From assembly GCA_052426225.1 (NCBI GenBank), contig JBNJNM010000009.1, positions 1 to 64,000 of the forward strand: a stretch of DNA of 64,000 nucleotides, in the 5' to 3' direction. Shown here piece after piece: positions 34,941 through 45,047 of the stretch (positions are counted from its first letter, which is position 1; every line of letters starts with the position of its first letter). The notes beneath the pieces were generated by a model. That model worked only from the letters and a program-made list of their open reading frames with translations. It did not search any database and was not told where the DNA came from. The DNA comes from Zancudomyces culisetae HAW-14-8. Its lineage: Eukaryota; Fungi; Kickxellomycota. The position numbers and the translations under genes were made by a program.

Positions 34941-37638
34941 GGTGTACTAGATGGTAGCAATACTTAAGGGAGGCGGTGTACGCTGAAACAGGACTCTTTG
35001 ACGGATACTGGATTATACAGCGGAATACAGAAAGACAGCTATGTGAAAGCTTGATTTTACTGGTGAAGTCTGGCCTGGATCTTTGGAGACGGCAGAGAGA
35101 AAAATATTATGTTATAAACAATGAGCTGCTTATAACTATGCTGTGATTAATATTCAGTATTATTATTTATTAGGAAGAAGTAGTTATTTAGAAAAATATA
35201 TTATTAGATGAGTTAATGATATCTTTTTCTCTGATGTATCCCAACGGAATTTCGAAGGGTTTATATATTTTTTCATCAGAGAAATTTGCTATGAAAAAAC
35301 TTAGTGATAATAATTTTTTAGTTTTAAAATTTTACTATGTAAAAATGAACTAATTTAAAGTAACTATCAAAATTGAGTTTATCAAACTTCTTGTTTGATT
35401 TATTCATGAAATTACTTTATCGATTTTAACATGTATTTTGTTTATCGATTTTAACATGTATTTTGTTTATCGAATTTTATCATGGTTTTTGGTTATCCAA
35501 TTTTATCATGGTTTTTGGTTATCTATTTTGCCTACGATATTGTATATCGATTTTGCCTATGATTTTGTATATCGATTTTGCCTACGATATTGTATATCGA
35601 TTTTGCCTATGATTTTGTATATCGATTTTGCCTACGATATTGTTATCGATTTTGCCTATGATTTTGTATATCGATTTTAACATGAATTTTATAAATTTAA
35701 TTATTGAAAATTTTCTTTAATTTTCTTTGTCAATTTTCCCAATAATAAATACTGTGATTTCATGGTGAATTTTGCATACATGATTCCAATGTCGGAATGG
35801 CTTATTTGAATGTCGTAAGTGAAATAATAAAATAGTTTAATTTTTTATAGAACAAAAATGTAAACTAAAATTTATGTTCCGGGAATTTGCCATTCCTAAC
35901 ATTTTAGGATCGATTCCAACAAAGATCCATTTTTTGGAATATATTGCCATTCCTAACACTTACGGTGATTGTTCATATAGTTTCGATTGGGTTTAAGTCA
36001 GATAATGTGGCGGCCAGTCCAATGTATTAGATTATTTGGTTTCAAGCCAGCATGTAACTAACTTTGAGGTATGTTTAGGATCATTGTCATGTTGAAATAT
36101 TATTGACTTTGGATCCAACTTGTAGTACTTTATTGTATTGCTAAGCTCGTCTTTAAAAATGTTTAAAAAACCTTCCTTGTTTAACATTCCTACTATTCGG
36201 CACACGTAGCCAGTTCCAAATGCTGTGATGCATCCCCAAATCATTAATGATCCTCCACCGTGTTTTACGGTCTGGTTAATATTGTGCGGCTGTAGACTCA
36301 CACCATCACGAACCCAAGTCCATTCATTTCCATCAGATCCAAATCAATTGATTTTAGTTTCGTCGGACCAAATTACTCGTCTCCAATCATCAGTAGTCCA
36401 GTGGCGATGAGATTTTGCGAATCTCAACCTTTTTGCAATATTTTTAAGGCTCAGTTTCGGTTTGGAGGTTATTTTTTTGCAACAGCTATTAGTTCATTGA
36501 TAGCCCTATGTATTGTAGCCTTACTAGCACTAACAATGTTATCCATTTCTAACTTCTTTTATATAAGTAGCAGATCGATACACACTAGATAATATCATCC
36601 TAGTACACATTCGCTTGTTTAGCGGTGAAAGCTTCGCTGGACGACCGCGTTTATTAGCCGGTAAATTGATATTCATTGCTGCTTTAATATTGTATATTGT
36701 TGCTTTACTTACTCCATTTCCTATAATGATTTGGTCAATGCTTCTGCCTCAAGTAACGCGTTTATTATATCCAGTTTACGTTGTACAGATATCATTTTTT
36801 AAATTATTATACTTTAGATTAGTATAATAAATTTTATATTATGATATAGAAAAGTTTTAAAATTTATAAGTTTGAATTCATAAAGTTATGATAGTTTAAA
36901 TTTTTTTTTTGAAAAATTCCCAAAATTGTCTCATTTTTAAAATTTTTTCAATTTTATTTTCTCGCTGGTTTTTTAGCAAATCAAAATAAATTAATTGTTG
37001 TAAATGCGCTACTATTATATAATTAAAATGTAATAACTAAGAATCTATGTATAATATTGGTATTAAAATTTCAATAGAACATTCTTTATCAAACATTGAA
37101 ACTGTTTGAGACCCTGTATAAAATTGACTAATTAAAAATTATATTTATAATATTATTTTAATATTCAAAAATATGAATTAAATTTCTGATAACTAAATGT
37201 CGGAAATATTATGATCAAAATTTCAAGAAAAAATCATAATTGAAATAATACCATAAAAAGAATTTATTAATATTAGTATGTATCAATCATCATAAAAGTC
37301 TAAATACGAGTATGAACAATGCGACCAAATATGGATGAAGAAATAAGTTAGCGATTAACCAAATTAAGCGTATAAGAAATAGGCATTTATTTTAATTAAA
37401 TAAATATTATATATATTTTTAAAATAACTCACGTTGAGTTTCTTTAGCTCTTTTAGTAGATTAAAACGTATTAGTAACTTCAGGAAATAAAGACATTATA
37501 CAAGAAGAATTTTGTTTAGGTCAACTTTATTTAAAAGTCGTTATATAGTAATAATAAAATAGTGCTTCGGCTAAAAGTTTAAATAGTAAATGGTAAATGG
37601 TAAAAGTTTAAAATTACAAAAATCTCAAGTCAGGTCTC

Positions 37639-37863
37639 ATGCAGCAACTACGTGCAGCCATCATCCAACAGTTCAAGGATGAGGGTCGTTACTCTCCGGA
37701 CAGCGACCGTTCCGGAGCCACCTCTATGGAGTTGGATCATACCGAGTCACATGATCCATTTGCTTTTGTTCAAGAGCATGCGCAACAACAGTTCCGTAGC
37801 ATGAGAAACCCGACCAAGGAACGTGACCCGCCCGGTTTTGTCCGACAGAATACACACGACTGA
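37639..37863 (+). other. 74-aa ORF, member of a 3-copy repeat; probably the gag N-terminus of a deleted DIRS derivative
   Basis: Homologous to ~50893-51120 (+) and ~58335-58552 (-). Confidence 0.5.
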
Positions 37864-39418
37864 AGCTACGTTACGAAATAACTATCCGCATAGTAAAATA
37901 TACTCCCTCCTTTATTTCTTGCCCTGTATAAAATTTATCTTAGTCTAATTTAACTGCCTAAAAGGAATGAAATCCTAAAAGCTATAATTCTTGAAATTTT
38001 GTGATATGATTTTGGTTTTGAAGATACCTATTTCTTCCCCCTATTAACGCTTAGAATATCTATATCATATTCTGTTGGTGTTCTAATTTTATGTTATTGT
38101 TCAACAGCCATCTTTTGTGGAATATTCTGTACATACTTTTGAACTATAGTTGAAGCATATTTGATTCAGGCTTTGTGAAATACCAAATTCCTGCTTAAAA
38201 TATGCAACAATTTAATGTGTATTTTTCTTAACAGGCTTATTGAATATTACTTATATACGTGTACTTTAGTATATTTAGTTAAGGTTTTTAATTACGATTT
38301 ACTTGCAAAAAGAAGTATAGCAGTTTACAATTCTAGTATGGTCTAATACAAACATTTACAAAAAGTTTAGTTGCTATATACTACAATAAGCATAACTGAG
38401 AATTATTGACTTGGCATAAAAACACATCACATTTTAGCATTAAAGTTTCAAGCGTGTTATTGAGTGTAAATCAAATATTCAAATATTCAAATATTCAAAC
38501 CAAAAAAAGAGAATTGAAGATTATATGCAGATTAGTTCCATAACATTATTTTCACTATTTTTCATAGCATAACTTTAATTTTTCTCATTCTATCATTATA
38601 CACAGCTATTCTATTTATGCTACAACTATAGCCTGACTACATTTATTTTGAATGGATATCATGAATTTGTATAATTTACGTCTAGCCTACTTCACTTAGC
38701 TACAATAAGCTTATAAATTTGGTTGATCAAAAAAACTAAAAATGAATGAATGATAGCTTATAATGCAACTTTACTCAACTATTGTTCTAGTGTTTTTTGT
38801 ATTGAATTTTTTGTTCTGGAGTGTGTGCTACTTTAACTAAAGAGGATGTTTATTACTTTTTTTTCGAAAACCCCTCAAATAGTTCAAATATGTACGTAAT
38901 GTTTTTTGCTTAAATTGAGCTGCATAGCAATCTGTTAATCAATTCTCAAAGTTTGATCTCCACTAAGTGCTAACTAACTACATGTCATAAACGATTTGTT
39001 ACTATTTTTTCAATATGATAGCTCTTAAAACCTAACAGGTTAGTATATCATAAAATACAATAAATATATTAGATTTGATAATCTAGTCATATGATATTCG
39101 TATAGCGACTTACACACTTGGAGTTATGCATCATATGCACTACTACCTTTTTAAACTAGTAATTTCTCAACATTTGCCAAAGGTTGATTGACTGTTTTAT
39201 AACGCAGATGATCATAAATTATTGTTTTGACAAAATTAACAAAATAGCTTTTAACTTTACTTTTACAACACTCGTCTCTACACATTATACTTTGATTTAT
39301 ACTCTAGACTTGTTCAAAACAAAAAAGTATATAAATCCAGCTGGTTTGGAGAATATTTTAAAAATTAAGAAGAATAACAATTCAAATATCTACCAGATTA
39401 TAATTATTAACTGACAAA

Positions 39419-39826
39419 ATGAAGACCATTATAATCGGAACAGCAGCTTTGGGACTAACCTTTGCAAACAGCATGGGTGACTTGTCTTTACGCCAATACA
39501 ATAGATACCCAATTGGACCAAACAGACTTTGTTCTTGTCGAAATCGCAGCGCTAGAATGAAGGTCGAAGTGTTCAAAGAGAAAAATCTCCAAAGTCCAGG
39601 TGAAACCCTAAATATAAGACCAAACAGATGTGTCTCATTACCAAGTGCCCTATCACTCCGGTTTGATAGCGGACAACCAGGACGCGGATGGGTTGCACTG
39701 TGCCACAGTAATGACTGCAGTGGAAAGTGTGTAACTGAACGTAGAAAAACCTGGCTTTATCCATATGATGTGGAAGCTGACAAGGTTGGAGGACCCGCCA
39801 ACTCTATAATTTGGTTCCTAGCATAG
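39419..39826 (+). CDS. Small secreted Cys protein, beta/gamma-crystallin-like family
   Basis: Signal peptide; VEVF...PNRC...S...LCxxxDCxGxC...SIIW; TATA at ~39328. Confidence 0.8.
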   Translation: MKTIIIGTAALGLTFANSMGDLSLRQYNRYPIGPNRLCSCRNRSARMKVEVFKEKNLQSPGETLNIRPNRCVSLPSALSLRFDSGQPGRGWVALCHSNDCSGKCVTERRKTWLYPYDVEADKVGGPANSIIWFLA

Positions 39827-41323
39827 TTAGAGTCAGAATTCGACTATTTTTAACGTATGGATATTTGATTTAGAGATAGAAAATCTTTTAAATATTAGAG
39901 CCAAAATCCATCAAATAAAAATTGTAGTGAAGTTCGTCAACATTAAATTATGATGTTTGGAGCATATTTGAAAAGTGGTTTTACTAGAAATAAATTTCAA
40001 ATCGGGTATGACCAGGCATTATTTAACAGCCTGTAGATTTTACATTTTGAAACAATGTATATTTATAAAAGGTGTAAGGATTCCGTCTGACATATATTAT
40101 CACACTGAATGTTTTAATATGGATTTATAAATATGTTCAGCATTTATCTTAAACTTATAATATAGTTTTCAGTGCTAATTAAAGAGGTAAAGATGTGACA
40201 CATAATTATAACATAATTATGTCATATAAATAAATACCCGTAATATGAATAATTTGAGATTTAAAAACACCGCTAACGGTGCGAGAATACATGTATCTCT
40301 TTACACCTAACATGTGATTTATTCCGTGCAATTTTGTGTTCATAAGCTATTTAATACATCAATTTTAATATGTTTAGTTGGATGAAGTTTAAACAATTAT
40401 CACTGCGTAAATAATCAGAAACAATTATAGTATCATATTCCTGCGATACTTAGTTTTACAATGATAAGAATGATACATATTCTGATGGCATCTATTCATG
40501 ACTTTTTAAACTACTATTTTATTTGGCATATTTTAATTATCTACTTATAAAGTGTTTTTTGTTTACCAAATGTATAGTCACTTACTTTATTCTCTTTTTA
40601 TTGATTTTAAAAATAGTCATATCCTTCGCTACATTCATAAATGATACAGTTTTTTTGTATAATTGGTATTGTTTAAGTGTAGTTATTCTAAAATATGGTT
40701 TTAAATTATGGATGATTCATATTAGCTTTAATTCAAAATGTTACAAGGACAAAAACAAATACCTGTTTATAAAAAAATGTTTAGAAAAAGTGTTGTATGC
40801 TTGAAAGTTTTGAAAAACGCTAAAGGCTTATTACATCAACTTTGTAGCTTGGGTGTATGAGAATAAAAATATATTTTAATATGTTTAGTTGAATGAAATG
40901 AAAACTTATTATTATTATGCGAACATCCAGATACAATTATGTGTGTGTACCAATCTTTATTATAAATCGAAAATTCTTTCCTAGATACTATTTTTATCGA
41001 TTAATCCATTACCTTAAAATTTGGTAAAAAATTAAATCGATAAAAAGAGTGTTTAAATTTAGAAACTTTATACGTAATGATGTGTGTAATGACAGACATC
41101 ACTGTATAATTTTTATAAAATAAGTAAAACTAACTAAATAAAATAAATTTAAACCTTATATAAACTGATGTCCCCTGTTTCCTGATGAATCTTTACCATC
41201 GTTGAGCTAGGTATGGGTGGGAATTGGGTGGGACATAATTGTATCTGGATGTTCGCATAATAATAATAAGTTTTCATTTCATTCAACTAAACATATTATT
41301 ATGCTTCACTTATCCAGATACAA

Positions 41324-44300
41324 TTATGTAGCTTCAGAGTTCAAGATAAATTGAGTTAAATTTTCACGAGTTCTACGTGATAATTGATAATAAGTATCAA
41401 ATATACCTTTACTAGCCCAAAATCCTTGTGCAATAACATCGTCGTATGTCGCACCTAGCTTTGTAGCTCTGGTAGATCCTAATGCTCGAGCTTTTGGTAT
41501 CTTTGCGCTTTCTGGCAACTGCAAGAGTGACATCAATGAATTAATATGTTTACTGATTCGTTGTGCCCCAATGTGTTTGTCGTTATACTTTAAGTTGCGG
41601 GTAAGGTAGTGCAATTGTACTCCATCGAGGATCGGATGGTTTGCAACACTCGGAAAAGTTGCAATGCGTTTTTTATATGCTCTGTATGTTACTACAGGAC
41701 ATAATTTATAGTCGCTATGTGCGTGGATTATACTGACCTTTTCAATCGGATTTCCACTTCGCTTTTCTTTTGGTCCAACAATAACAAATTTAACATAATC
41801 TTTATTGATTTCCGTCTTTGTATCATCGATTCGTTCAATGTCAGAAGGTCTCAAAAATCCACAAATTGCTAGCAACCAACAAAATTTAATTGTTAAATTT
41901 TGCTTGCTCATTTTAAAATTTGAACCAAAATTTTTAATATGTTCGATAATCGGATTAATATCGTAGTTAGGGTTGTTAAAAGATCGAACTGAAGTTGAAT
42001 CGAGCTGTTTTAAATAATCAATCATCAAAATATCGCTGCTAAATGTTCGCCATTCAGCATTAATATCGATGATAGCAGACTTGTAGTTTTTTATAGTACC
42101 AACTTTTAAATTGTTACTAATACGATGTTCATCAAGGAAATTGATAACATCAACAACTGAAACGTTATTAATATCAAGTTTTGCAGACTCTAACCACTTA
42201 ATAAACTTTACCTTGATGTTGTAATATTGTTTTTGTTTTGCCATATTTCGTTTACCAGTTGTCATTAACGTGATAACTGAATCTTTTAAACCCGTTTTTT
42301 CAAGGCGTGCGCGCTTAATTTCCAAGCCGTAAGCGACCATGTTTTGTTTATCTGTGTCACTTGCTTTCCGCTTTTTGGATCCGGAATTATCTGTGGAGCT
42401 AATATCTTGATCGGTGGAGCTATTAGCATGCTCTTGAGGTCTGGATACCATGGTGCTGACCTCCAAAACGGTGTTATCAATGTCGCTGATACTTTGTCCT
42501 GTCTGATCTTCTGTAGTGTTTTCTGTATCAGATTCCATGGTGGACAAAGGTATGGATTCGTCCAAATGCTCCAATGATGATTGAATGCATTCGTTTTCGC
42601 TGCTCCTGGTGTCCATTTCCAACTCACAAATGTTGGTAGTTTGTGGTTGTTGTTGTTGGCAAACATGTCCACATCGTGTGGACCGAACTGTTTCTGTATC
42701 TTCTGAAACATCTTGTCTGATAGTGACCACTCTGTTTGAGCTGTTAAACGTGATGGTGCATCCGCTGGATTCAGTATTGATGGCACATACTGAATCTGAA
42801 CCCGAGTGCCATTGCTGATGCAATGTTTCCAAATTGCTTCCGAAATGTCCATCAGATTCACTGATTTGGTTCCCCCATGCTTCTTGATGTAGCTGATTGA
42901 AGTGTTGTTGTCGCAATATACAACAACACTCTTTCCCTGAACCTGCGGCAGCTTCACTGCATACTGGATTGCTAATAATTCCTTCGCATTGATAGGGAGC
43001 TTCATCTGTTGTCGTGTCCATGTCCCCGTATACTGATTGCTGTCTATCACTATCCCCCAGTGATTGTCGCTTGCATCCGTATATACTTCTATCTCTGGGA
43101 TCTCCGGAAGGAAGCATAGACCATTCCATTGCTTCAGATGGTCCCTCCACCACGTCAGATTGTCCAGTGCGGGCTGATTCAGTGTTACTTGTGAACTCCA
43201 ATCCGTGGTGCGTTTCAGAGTGTTGTTTTTGAGCTCTAACAACCTCCTGCTCATCAGTCGTCCCGGTCTGAGTGCTATATTCACTGCCTGCGTTTTGCCA
43301 ATGAATGATGCCAGATCCTTCAGTGTTGTACACCCTTTGTGTATCAACCTGGATGCCTCTCTCGCTAAATCTTTGAGTTTCTGTTTGGGTATCTTGAAAC
43401 TCATCTGACGGCTGTTGATGTCCATCCCAAGATGCGTAATACATTGTTTGGGATGTATTGATGACTTTTCCTGGTTGATCAGGAATCCCAGTTTCACCAG
43501 TTTCTTGGAAACCATATTTGTGAACTTTAGACACTCTGTTTTTGTTGATCCTAAGATTAACAAATCGTCTAAGTAGCTCGACATTCGTATCCCGCGAGCT
43601 CTGGCCCATTTCAGTACTGGTTTTAGTATTTTTGTGAATACTAGTGGGCTTAAAGATAGACCAAATGGGAGCACCCTGTACTGGTAGGTGCGACCGCCCC
43701 ATGTAAACCTGAGATACTTTCTGGACGTTTTGTTGATCAATACGTGTAGAAATGCATCGCTGAGGTCTATGCTGGTCATATAATCCCCTTTGCGGATCAT
43801 TCTGGAGATAGTTGTGAGCGACTCCATCTTGAAATGTCGCTGTGGGATGTACTGATTTAACGGTCTTAAATTCAGTACCATCCGCGTGCCTCCGTTCTTC
43901 TTTGGGATTGTAAACGGATTTGAGTAGAACCCTGGCTGCGCGGATGAAGCTTCCTCTATTGCTTTCTTTGACAGGAGGTTTGCTATCTCCTGTTCGACCA
44001 CTTTTTCTGGAAGCTTTTTCAAGTTGTAACCTAACGGTTTTTTCTGCTTGACCGTCGGTGGATGCGTTTTGAAGGGGATTCTGAACCCTTCTGAGATCAC
44101 TTGGAGTATCCATTTGTGATCTGTGAGGCGCATCCAAGCCTCCTGGAACATCCTCAGTCTCCCTCCTACTTTCGGTGTTTGCTGCTGTTTGCAAACCGAA
44201 AATTACCGCCAGTAGCAGCGGATTTGTGTTGTCGTTGTTGTTGGATCTGCTGCGGCTCTGCTTGAACATTCTGGTTAACTGATGGCTGAAACGGAATGCT

Positions 44301-45037
44301 TGGGAAGGTCCTGGTTGCGTTGAATCTTGGTCTTCTCTGCTGCACATTTTTTGTTGCACGCTGCAATGTATTTGCTGCTGCTTTAACTTCGAGCATCTGC
44401 TGTATGTCCACGAGAGGCTTCCTTGATGTTGAAACCATTTCTGGAGGATCTGATGGTACTCCTGAGGCTTTGTATGACAGTTTGATTCTTTGTTGCGTGA
44501 TATTGGATGCAACATCCGCAAGTAAAACTCTGATTGAGTTGATAAAAACTGCAAGTTTTTCGGCACTGACTGCTCCTCCGTCACGGATTGCTTCGTGCAT
44601 GAAGTAATCCAAAGGTCTTGTAACGGCTGATAAACGGTACTGGATGTCATATAACATCGCATCAGTACGTTTATTGTCACCTGATAACTTGATGTTTTCC
44701 TCTGGTGGTTCATAATCCATGCCAGAGTTTCTTGGGATGGCTGCGTAAAACTTCTTGCGTTCGACATCTGCCAGTGGTGTCCAAAAGAAATCCTGTTCAA
44801 CTGTTGGTAGCGCCTTTTGCAGTTTTGGATACATGACCAGGTCAGATGGTGTTGGTCTGGGAACCACGAAGTTTTCAACTGAATCATCGTCGACTGCATC
44901 AACGATTGATGGAGCAGTGATGTTTGCTGAATCACTGATTTCTGATACTGACATGTGATCATTTGGTGCGGTTTGTTTTTCAAGAGCTGATAATCTCTCC
45001 AAAATCTGTTGCAAAACTTCAACTGTAACGTTTGCAT
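41324..45037 (-). CDS. Tyrosine recombinase ORF with a very long N-terminal part overlapping pol and gag; true start uncertain
   Basis: C-terminal ~340 aa: GFLRPSD, KEK, LCPV, KARALGST, GFWAS...FDTYY. Confidence 0.85.
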   Translation of the reverse strand: MQTLQLKFCNRFWRDYQLLKNKPHQMITCQYQKSVIQQTSLLHQSLMQSTMIQLKTSWFPDQHHLTWSCIQNCKRRYQQLNRISFGHHWQMSNARSFTQPSQETLAWIMNHQRKTSSYQVTINVLMRCYMTSSTVYQPLQDLWITSCTKQSVTEEQSVPKNLQFLSTQSEFYLRMLHPISRNKESNCHTKPQEYHQILQKWFQHQGSLSWTYSRCSKLKQQQIHCSVQQKMCSREDQDSTQPGPSQAFRFSHQLTRMFKQSRSRSNNNDNTNPLLLAVIFGLQTAANTESRRETEDVPGGLDAPHRSQMDTPSDLRRVQNPLQNASTDGQAEKTVRLQLEKASRKSGRTGDSKPPVKESNRGSFIRAARVLLKSVYNPKEERRHADGTEFKTVKSVHPTATFQDGVAHNYLQNDPQRGLYDQHRPQRCISTRIDQQNVQKVSQVYMGRSHLPVQGAPIWSIFKPTSIHKNTKTSTEMGQSSRDTNVELLRRFVNLRINKNRVSKVHKYGFQETGETGIPDQPGKVINTSQTMYYASWDGHQQPSDEFQDTQTETQRFSERGIQVDTQRVYNTEGSGIIHWQNAGSEYSTQTGTTDEQEVVRAQKQHSETHHGLEFTSNTESARTGQSDVVEGPSEAMEWSMLPSGDPRDRSIYGCKRQSLGDSDRQQSVYGDMDTTTDEAPYQCEGIISNPVCSEAAAGSGKECCCILRQQHFNQLHQEAWGNQISESDGHFGSNLETLHQQWHSGSDSVCAINTESSGCTITFNSSNRVVTIRQDVSEDTETVRSTRCGHVCQQQQPQTTNICELEMDTRSSENECIQSSLEHLDESIPLSTMESDTENTTEDQTGQSISDIDNTVLEVSTMVSRPQEHANSSTDQDISSTDNSGSKKRKASDTDKQNMVAYGLEIKRARLEKTGLKDSVITLMTTGKRNMAKQKQYYNIKVKFIKWLESAKLDINNVSVVDVINFLDEHRISNNLKVGTIKNYKSAIIDINAEWRTFSSDILMIDYLKQLDSTSVRSFNNPNYDINPIIEHIKNFGSNFKMSKQNLTIKFCWLLAICGFLRPSDIERIDDTKTEINKDYVKFVIVGPKEKRSGNPIEKVSIIHAHSDYKLCPVVTYRAYKKRIATFPSVANHPILDGVQLHYLTRNLKYNDKHIGAQRISKHINSLMSLLQLPESAKIPKARALGSTRATKLGATYDDVIAQGFWASKGIFDTYYQLSRRTRENLTQFILNSEAT
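42286..44151 (-). CDS. pol: DIRS RT-RNase H-adenine methyltransferase-like polyprotein
   Basis: VGGRL just upstream, IDLSDAF, LPFGLS, YLDD, YTDAS, INAKEL, DN, NPADAPSR, DMFA...YLCPPW...PFW. Confidence 0.93.
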   Translation of the reverse strand: MFQEAWMRLTDHKWILQVISEGFRIPFKTHPPTVKQKKPLGYNLKKLPEKVVEQEIANLLSKKAIEEASSAQPGFYSNPFTIPKKNGGTRMVLNLRPLNQYIPQRHFKMESLTTISRMIRKGDYMTSIDLSDAFLHVLINKTSRKYLRFTWGGRTYQYRVLPFGLSLSPLVFTKILKPVLKWARARGIRMSSYLDDLLILGSTKTECLKFTNMVSKKLVKLGFLINQEKSSIHPKQCITHLGMDINSRQMSFKIPKQKLKDLAREASRLIHKGCTTLKDLASFIGKTQAVNIALRPGRLMSRRLLELKNNTLKRTTDWSSQVTLNQPALDNLTWWRDHLKQWNGLCFLPEIPEIEVYTDASDNHWGIVIDSNQYTGTWTRQQMKLPINAKELLAIQYAVKLPQVQGKSVVVYCDNNTSISYIKKHGGTKSVNLMDISEAIWKHCISNGTRVQIQYVPSILNPADAPSRLTAQTEWSLSDKMFQKIQKQFGPHDVDMFANNNNHKLPTFVSWKWTPGAAKTNAFNHHWSIWTNPYLCPPWNLIQKTLQKIRQDKVSATLITPFWRSAPWYPDLKSMLIAPPIKILAPQIIPDPKSGKQVTQINKTWSLTAWKLSAHALKKRV

Positions 45038-45047
45038 TTTGACTCAT
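44166..45047 (-). CDS. gag: DIRS gag-like ORF1
   Basis: First ORF after the left ITR, 293 aa; position typical for DIRS. Confidence 0.85.
   Translation of the reverse strand: MSQNANVTVEVLQQILERLSALEKQTAPNDHMSVSEISDSANITAPSIVDAVDDDSVENFVVPRPTPSDLVMYPKLQKALPTVEQDFFWTPLADVERKKFYAAIPRNSGMDYEPPEENIKLSGDNKRTDAMLYDIQYRLSAVTRPLDYFMHEAIRDGGAVSAEKLAVFINSIRVLLADVASNITQQRIKLSYKASGVPSDPPEMVSTSRKPLVDIQQMLEVKAAANTLQRATKNVQQRRPRFNATRTFPSIPFQPSVNQNVQAEPQQIQQQRQHKSAATGGNFRFANSSKHRK

Larger units (their letters stand above)
28860..35958 (-). mobile_element. Ty3/gypsy chromovirus D with 849-bp LTRs
   Basis: LTRs at 28860-29708 and 35110-35958; TSD CTTAC at 28855-28859 and 35959-35963; PPT AAAGATGGGGGTGA on minus. 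Confidence 0.96.
28460..37117 (-). mobile_element. Decayed Tc1/mariner (DD34E-type) DNA transposon split by element D
   Basis: WSDET (~36370), KHGGGSLMIWGC, FQHDNDPKHTS, DLNPIE (~35985) and C-terminus RVEAVIKSKG (28686-28859). Degenerate inverted repeats: ATGAGACTATTTTGGGAATTTTTCAA (~28651-28676) vs TTGAAAAATTCCCAAAATTGTCTCAT (~36909-36934). Outer ends approximate. Confidence 0.85.

Noticed and set aside
40523-40804. Hydrophobic AT-rich ORFs (also 39184, 46241, 59729)
   Set aside because: Low-complexity AT-rich chance ORFs, mostly with non-ATG starts
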